DNA from: the human T2T-CHM13v2.0 reference genome, Homo sapiens
NCBI RefSeq assembly: GCF_009914755.1
Contig: NC_060926.1
Length of the DNA stretch: 64,000 nt
Direction: 5' to 3' (one strand)
Shown: in pieces, positions 58,262 through 64,000 of the stretch
Position numbering within the stretch: position 1 is the stretch's first letter
Layout: every line of letters starts with the position of its first letter
Translations under genes and position numbers: made by a program
The notes under the pieces: generated by a model
Database searches by the model: none
What the model was told of the DNA's origin: nothing
Seen by the model: the letters and a program-made list of their open reading frames with translations, nothing else

Positions 58262-59111
58262 CACACTCATTTTCAAGTTTTACTTTTTCTTTTCTTCTTT
58301 CCTTTCAAATCCAGCTTTGTTCTGACGTTTTCCAGTTTTTAGGATAAAATTTCTTCTTCTCTTCCCTCACTGAGTTCTGAATCAATTGAGAAATAAGATA
58401 ATGACAAGACAGATGGGAGATCAAGGTATTACCTTATTTACTGATAAAACTAATTTTAGAGAATTAGTGGGCAAATGAGCTTTCTAATACTGAACTTTGA
58501 GATTAGCTGGATTGAGTCACCTGTTCCCAGGAAGCCCTGGACCACCACAGGATTCTGCTACTGAAGCCATGCCCCTCTAAAACTTACTACCTCAAAAAAC
58601 AGAACAGATGGTTGTTTCCTGCAGGCAGCTACTTCTCAAGAGAAAGGGGAGAGGAAGCTGCCAGGCTCTGCATGCCCAGTTTCTCCTTCTCAGCTTACCA
58701 ATCACATTAAGCCACTCTTCCTCTTGGGGAGGGGAAAGTGAATAGGTGGAGAGGGATCAGCAGTGTTCAATTACTGGAGGTTCCTCCATGTGGAAGGAAA
58801 CATTGGAGGTGGGAAAGAAGGGTTCCCCCTAACTGTGATATTTTGGGTGAATTCTGAACCGGGACACTTAACTCTTGTTAGTTATAAGTTTTTGAACTTA
58901 GTCGTTATTTGATTGGCTTTAAGATAAATTTAATTTTCTTTTTGAGCTTATATAGCCATTGGTTTCCAAAGTATCTTTCTACAGACCTAGAATAGATAAA
59001 ATCTTCTTCCATTGAAACATTGACCATTAGTAGGATAACACTGCTAGACTAAAAAAAAAAAAAAATTCTTCCAATATTTGAAATAAAATGAAATGATCTG
59101 TTTAATTTTAA

Positions 59112-59416
<305 letters not shown>

Positions 59417-61324
59417 TGAAATGATCTGTTATAGATTTAAGTTTTTCTTCACATGCTGGCATAATTTAACCTTTGGCCTCCAGAGAAACATCTGGGTTGC
59501 AGGACTCTTTTGGTTTTTGGAGTCATGTTCTTTTATTACTATATTTTTTATTTTGTGACTGATGCAGTTTTAAGCAAATTAGGGTGGACATGTTTTTCTA
59601 ATATAAATTCAGAACTTAAGATGTATGTGCTCTTATTTGCTTTCAAGAGGACATTTTATTTCAATATCCACATGAAACCTTCTGTAGTTTATTACTAAAT
59701 TTTGGATAGCACAGGAAAGTGGAAGTTAATGGCATGTGAATCTCTGGAATTCTAATTATGTTATACTTTAGGCAGCAAGAAATTGAAATTTTGCCTATCT
59801 TATGATGTTGAGATTTTCAGAGATTTAGGTTAGGCTTTTAAGTTCGTTTTATTTGGCAACCCATTCTACTACTTTTTTTTTTTTTTTTTTTTTTTTTTCC
59901 ATTCTGTCTTCTCTTACTCTTTTGAAGCTATTCGGTCCTGAAAAAGTAGTATTGCTTTTCAAAAGCCTTCCAGCAGACTGGCCAAGTCTGAGATTTTATT
60001 TCTGTGTTTATTAGGTATTTTCAGGTTTCAAGGAAAAGAGATGTATTCTAATTGCCTCAATAAATATGAGTTTATTTTAAAAATTTCTAAGAGCTTATTT
60101 TAAGGCATAGCCTATCCTTATTGAACTGGAATACCATGCAAATTACAATAGTCACTCTAGAGGGACAACATGTGATAGTCAGCAGTACCTCCAATAGAAA
60201 CAAGTGACATCCATTGCCCCTGCTCCCAGTGGCTCAGCTTGTCCTCCCAGGCCTCCAGTCCCCTCTCTCTAATTCTACTACTAACCACTTTCCCCCAGTC
60301 TCCTAGGGCTTCAGACTGCCTCCCGTCTCCTGCTTACTGCCCTTATTGTTATATGTCTTTCTGTTGCTGTTTGTGTGTGGGTGTATCTCACACTCAAAGA
60401 AACTACATCTGATTCACTCAGCCAGGCACTATTCAATCGAAAATGTCCCTGATAGTCGGAGATCTCATGCCAGTTGCCTCTCAAGCCACTGGCTGTCTTG
60501 AAGAGGATGGCCTTAGTTGCCCACTATGTCCTGGACAGTCAACTGTGTCCAAGTTAGACCCATTATTAAATTCAGGACATGTTGCTCTATGCATTAGGAA
60601 CCACCTGTGGTCCCTTTTCTCAAGGGAGCAGGGCTAGTAACCTGTCCAGTACCTGTTTCAGAGATTTTTCAGAAGAGAAGAGAAAACAAAATAATCTACT
60701 TTTGGAACAAGATAATATAAATTCCATTGCAATTCTCATATTCATTTCTTGTTTGACTTTAGGTATCTCTTCTACTTGAGTGAAATGTACATTGACATAG
60801 GAAGGCGATAGCATTTAATGCTACTCTATCTATGACTTCTGACTTCAGGTTTTTCCATTCTTTGTTTAACCATGTTCCAGAATAGTAGAATATTAAAAGT
60901 GGTGTTTATGTGTAATCAGTGATTGAGAATGGTTTCTAGCTTAATGTTATAGCCACTCATGGTTTTTCTCCCCACCGCCAACCATATTCTAGAATGGTAA
61001 GAATATTAAAGGTGGTGTTTATGTGTAGTCAGTGATTGTGAAAAAGCTTTCTCTTACTTTTTCTTCACGTCTTCAAAATAATTTATCAAACAAAAATGTG
61101 GGAAAAAGATAAATAATGGAATAACTAACAGATGGAGAAAAATCTCAACAGTACTATTCACAATGGCATATTTTAGTTGGCACCGATGATGGTTTTATAA
61201 TAATGCTGTACTCTAGTGAATCTTAAATGAAGAACAAATGAAAAACATGTGTATTGAAAGTAGTCTTTTTTTTTTTTTTTTTTTTGCTTTAAATACCCTG
61301 TTCAAACTCTCTCTTTTACCCTAG

Positions 61325-61429
<105 letters not shown>

Positions 61430-61722
61430 TGAACCTTGAGGACTTTGTGCTAAGGGATAGTATAATACAAATACATGGTACAGTCACAAAAAGACAAATA
61501 CTGTATGATTCCACCTAAAGGAGGTATTTAAAGGGTCAAATTCATAGGAATAGAAAGTAGAATGGCGGTTACCAGGGTCAGGGTGTGCGTGGAGAAGCGA
61601 ATTTATTGTTTACTGGGTATAGCATTTCAGATTTGCAAAATGAAAAAGTTCTAGAGGTCTGTTTTACAACAGTGTGAATACACTTAACATTACTGAACTG
61701 TACAATTAAAAATGATTAAGAT

Positions 61723-62002
61723 GGGCCGGGCACGGTGGCTCGCGCCTGTTATCCCAGCACTTTGGGAGGCTGAGGCAGACAGATCACGAGGTCAGGAGAT
61801 CAAGACCATCCTGGCTAACACGTTGAAACCCCATCTCTACTAAAAATACAAAAAAAATTAGCCGGGCGTGGTGGCGGGCGCCCATAGCCCCAGCTACTCG
61901 GGAGGTTGAGGCAGGAGGATGGCGTGAACCGAGGAGGTGGAGCTTTCAGTGAGCTGAGATTGTGCCACTGCACTCCAGCCTGGGTGACAGAGCAAGATTC
62001 TG

Positions 62003-62038
<36 letters not shown>
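61723..62038 (+). mobile_element. AluY-like, inserted in an old L1 3' end
   Basis: TSD gattaagatgg, long A tail. Confidence 0.9.
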
Positions 62039-62039
<1 letters not shown>

Positions 62040-62598
62040 TTAAGATGGTAAATTTTATGTTCTGTGTTTTTTCCCACAATAAAAAAAGTTTAGAAAAGTG
62101 ATTTGCATTGCTATTTCATTCGCTAAGAACTTCCTAAATGTCTAAATTCATTGGAATAAAGAGTTGTGTAAACTTTCAAAAAATGATTTCTAGGGTTGCT
62201 GATTTGTATTTTAAAATTGAAATTCATCTTAGTGTGGGGACTCAAATACACTCAACTCTGATGTATATTTTTTTACCTGAGAGAGACTAAATCAGAGAAA
62301 CTGTGGCATTTCAGCTGTTTAAAATGGTAAAAATATAGGCTTCTATGTCCTTTTTTCCCAGAATTTAAAACACATTTCCCCTTTCTTTATTTCTTCCAAA
62401 AAATTCTTATGGAAACAATGCATGCTCATTACAAAAAATAAAACCAAACAACAAGAACTGTCTGGAATAACAAGAAATTTTCCTGTGGTTCTTTCTACCA
62501 CCTCCTCCCTATCCCACCACTAATTCATATGTTAGGGGTAACTATTGATATTCAGTTCCTGTTCAGCTATCTGCAGTTCTTTCCATTCAGGAAATTTT

Positions 62599-62601
<3 letters not shown>

Positions 62602-62629
<28 letters not shown>

Positions 62630-63262
62630 GAGGCAGCGTCTTACTCTGTCACCCAGGTGGGAGTGGAGTGGTGTGATCATAGCTCACTACCGCCTTGAAC
62701 TCCTGGGCTCAAGCGATCCTCCTGCCTCAGCCTCCTGATTAGTTAGGATGACAGGTGCATACCACCATGCCTTGATACTTTTTAAGATTTTTTGTGGAGA
62801 TGGGGGTCTCACTGTGTTGCCCAGACTGGTCTCAAACTCCTGGCCTTAAGCAATCCTCCTGCCTCAGCTTCTCAAGGTGCTAGGATTACAGGTGTGAGCC
62901 ACTACACTTAGCTAGGAAATTACATTCCAATATTTCAACATCAGATTTACCTGATAAAGGCTTAAGAACAGTGGTTTTGGTTTTGGTTTTTGTTTGAGAA
63001 CAAGTCTTGCTCTGTCGCCCAGGCTGTAGTGCAGTGGCATGATCTCGGCTCACTGCAACCTCCCCTTCCCAGGTTCAAGCAATTCTTGTGCCTCAGCCTC
63101 CCAAGTAACTGAGATTACAGGTGTATGCCACCATGTTTGGTTTTAGTAGAGAAAGGGTTTTGCCATGTTGCCCAGGTTGGTCTCAAACTCCTGGGCTCAA
63201 GCGATCCACTGCCTCAGCCTCCCAAAGTCCTGGGATTACAGATGGGAACCACCATGCCCCAC
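62602..63262 (-). mobile_element. Two antisense Alus (62602-62914 and about 62975-63262)
   Basis: Alu consensus; the second has TSD agaacagtggttttg. Confidence 0.85.
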
Positions 63263-63649
63263 CAGAACAGTGGTTTTGATACCATGCTGGTAATAGGGTT
63301 ATGAATAGTCAGAGAATATCTTCCTATGTACTGCTTACTGAATTGGTTGGTAAGCAGTTGCCTGTACTTAGTTCTGCCCAGCCTGAGCAAAGCATGCATG
63401 GAGATTTCAAGGAAATAAAAGCTATGGTTCTTGCTCTCAAAGAGCTTGCAGTCTAGTTGGGGAACTAGCACACATGAGGAAATAATGAACCATGTAAAAA
63501 AGTGTATAAATAAACCTGTAAATGCCATAATCTGTAAAGTAGACTATACAGTTAGTAATCATGTATTAATCGAATTGCTTTTTAAATGGAGATTATGCTC
63601 ATTTGTATTCATAAGAAAAAGACCAATGTGCTAATTAGAAGTTTTTTAA

Positions 63650-63793
<144 letters not shown>

Positions 63794-64000
63794 TAAAACA
63801 TGTGCTTCTCTTCATGATGGATCAAGGAAATTGTTAATTCAAGCTCCAGATTCCATTCTTAACATTTTACACAGGCTCTCCCTTTATAGAAAGTTTTACA
63901 AGTTCACGTTAACATATCATAAAAAAGAAGGAATGGAAAGGTCTGCAGAAGACACTTATCAGAATGTTAGAGGTCTGAGTCAGTTTTTACTGTGTCCCAT

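Overview
Hominid DNA, almost certainly human (SVA, young L1PA and Alu content; locus recognised as chr2p21 from protein recall, not a search). The + strand carries nine consecutive coding exons of PLEKHH2. They run from the ATG exon (2074) to 63772, all with GT-AG junctions and matching phases, and the gene continues past the window. The 34-kb intron after the first coding exon and the next intron hold a cluster of antisense retro-insertions. (1) A full-length L1PA2-like element (17809-23871) with 16-bp TSDs, intact ORF1 and ORF0, ORF2 broken by one TGG>TGA, and a short 3' transduction tag. (2) The intact single-exon Cosmc paralogue C1GALT1C1L (32745-33692) with its own CpG island and a MER33-derived 3' end. 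(3) A full-length SVA whose variant hexamer ends about 90 bp before a PLEKHH2 exon. (4) A 5'-complete, tailless ZNF106 retrocopy with perfect 15-bp TSDs. The rest is Alu, old L1M, MIR/L2, MLT, MER21, an ERV1-type solo LTR and simple repeats. The best leads are possible alternative PLEKHH2 starts (L1 antisense promoter and the C1GALT1C1L island) splicing to an exon that begins with ATG, and a Cosmc paralogue that lacks the transmembrane Cys linked to ER retention.
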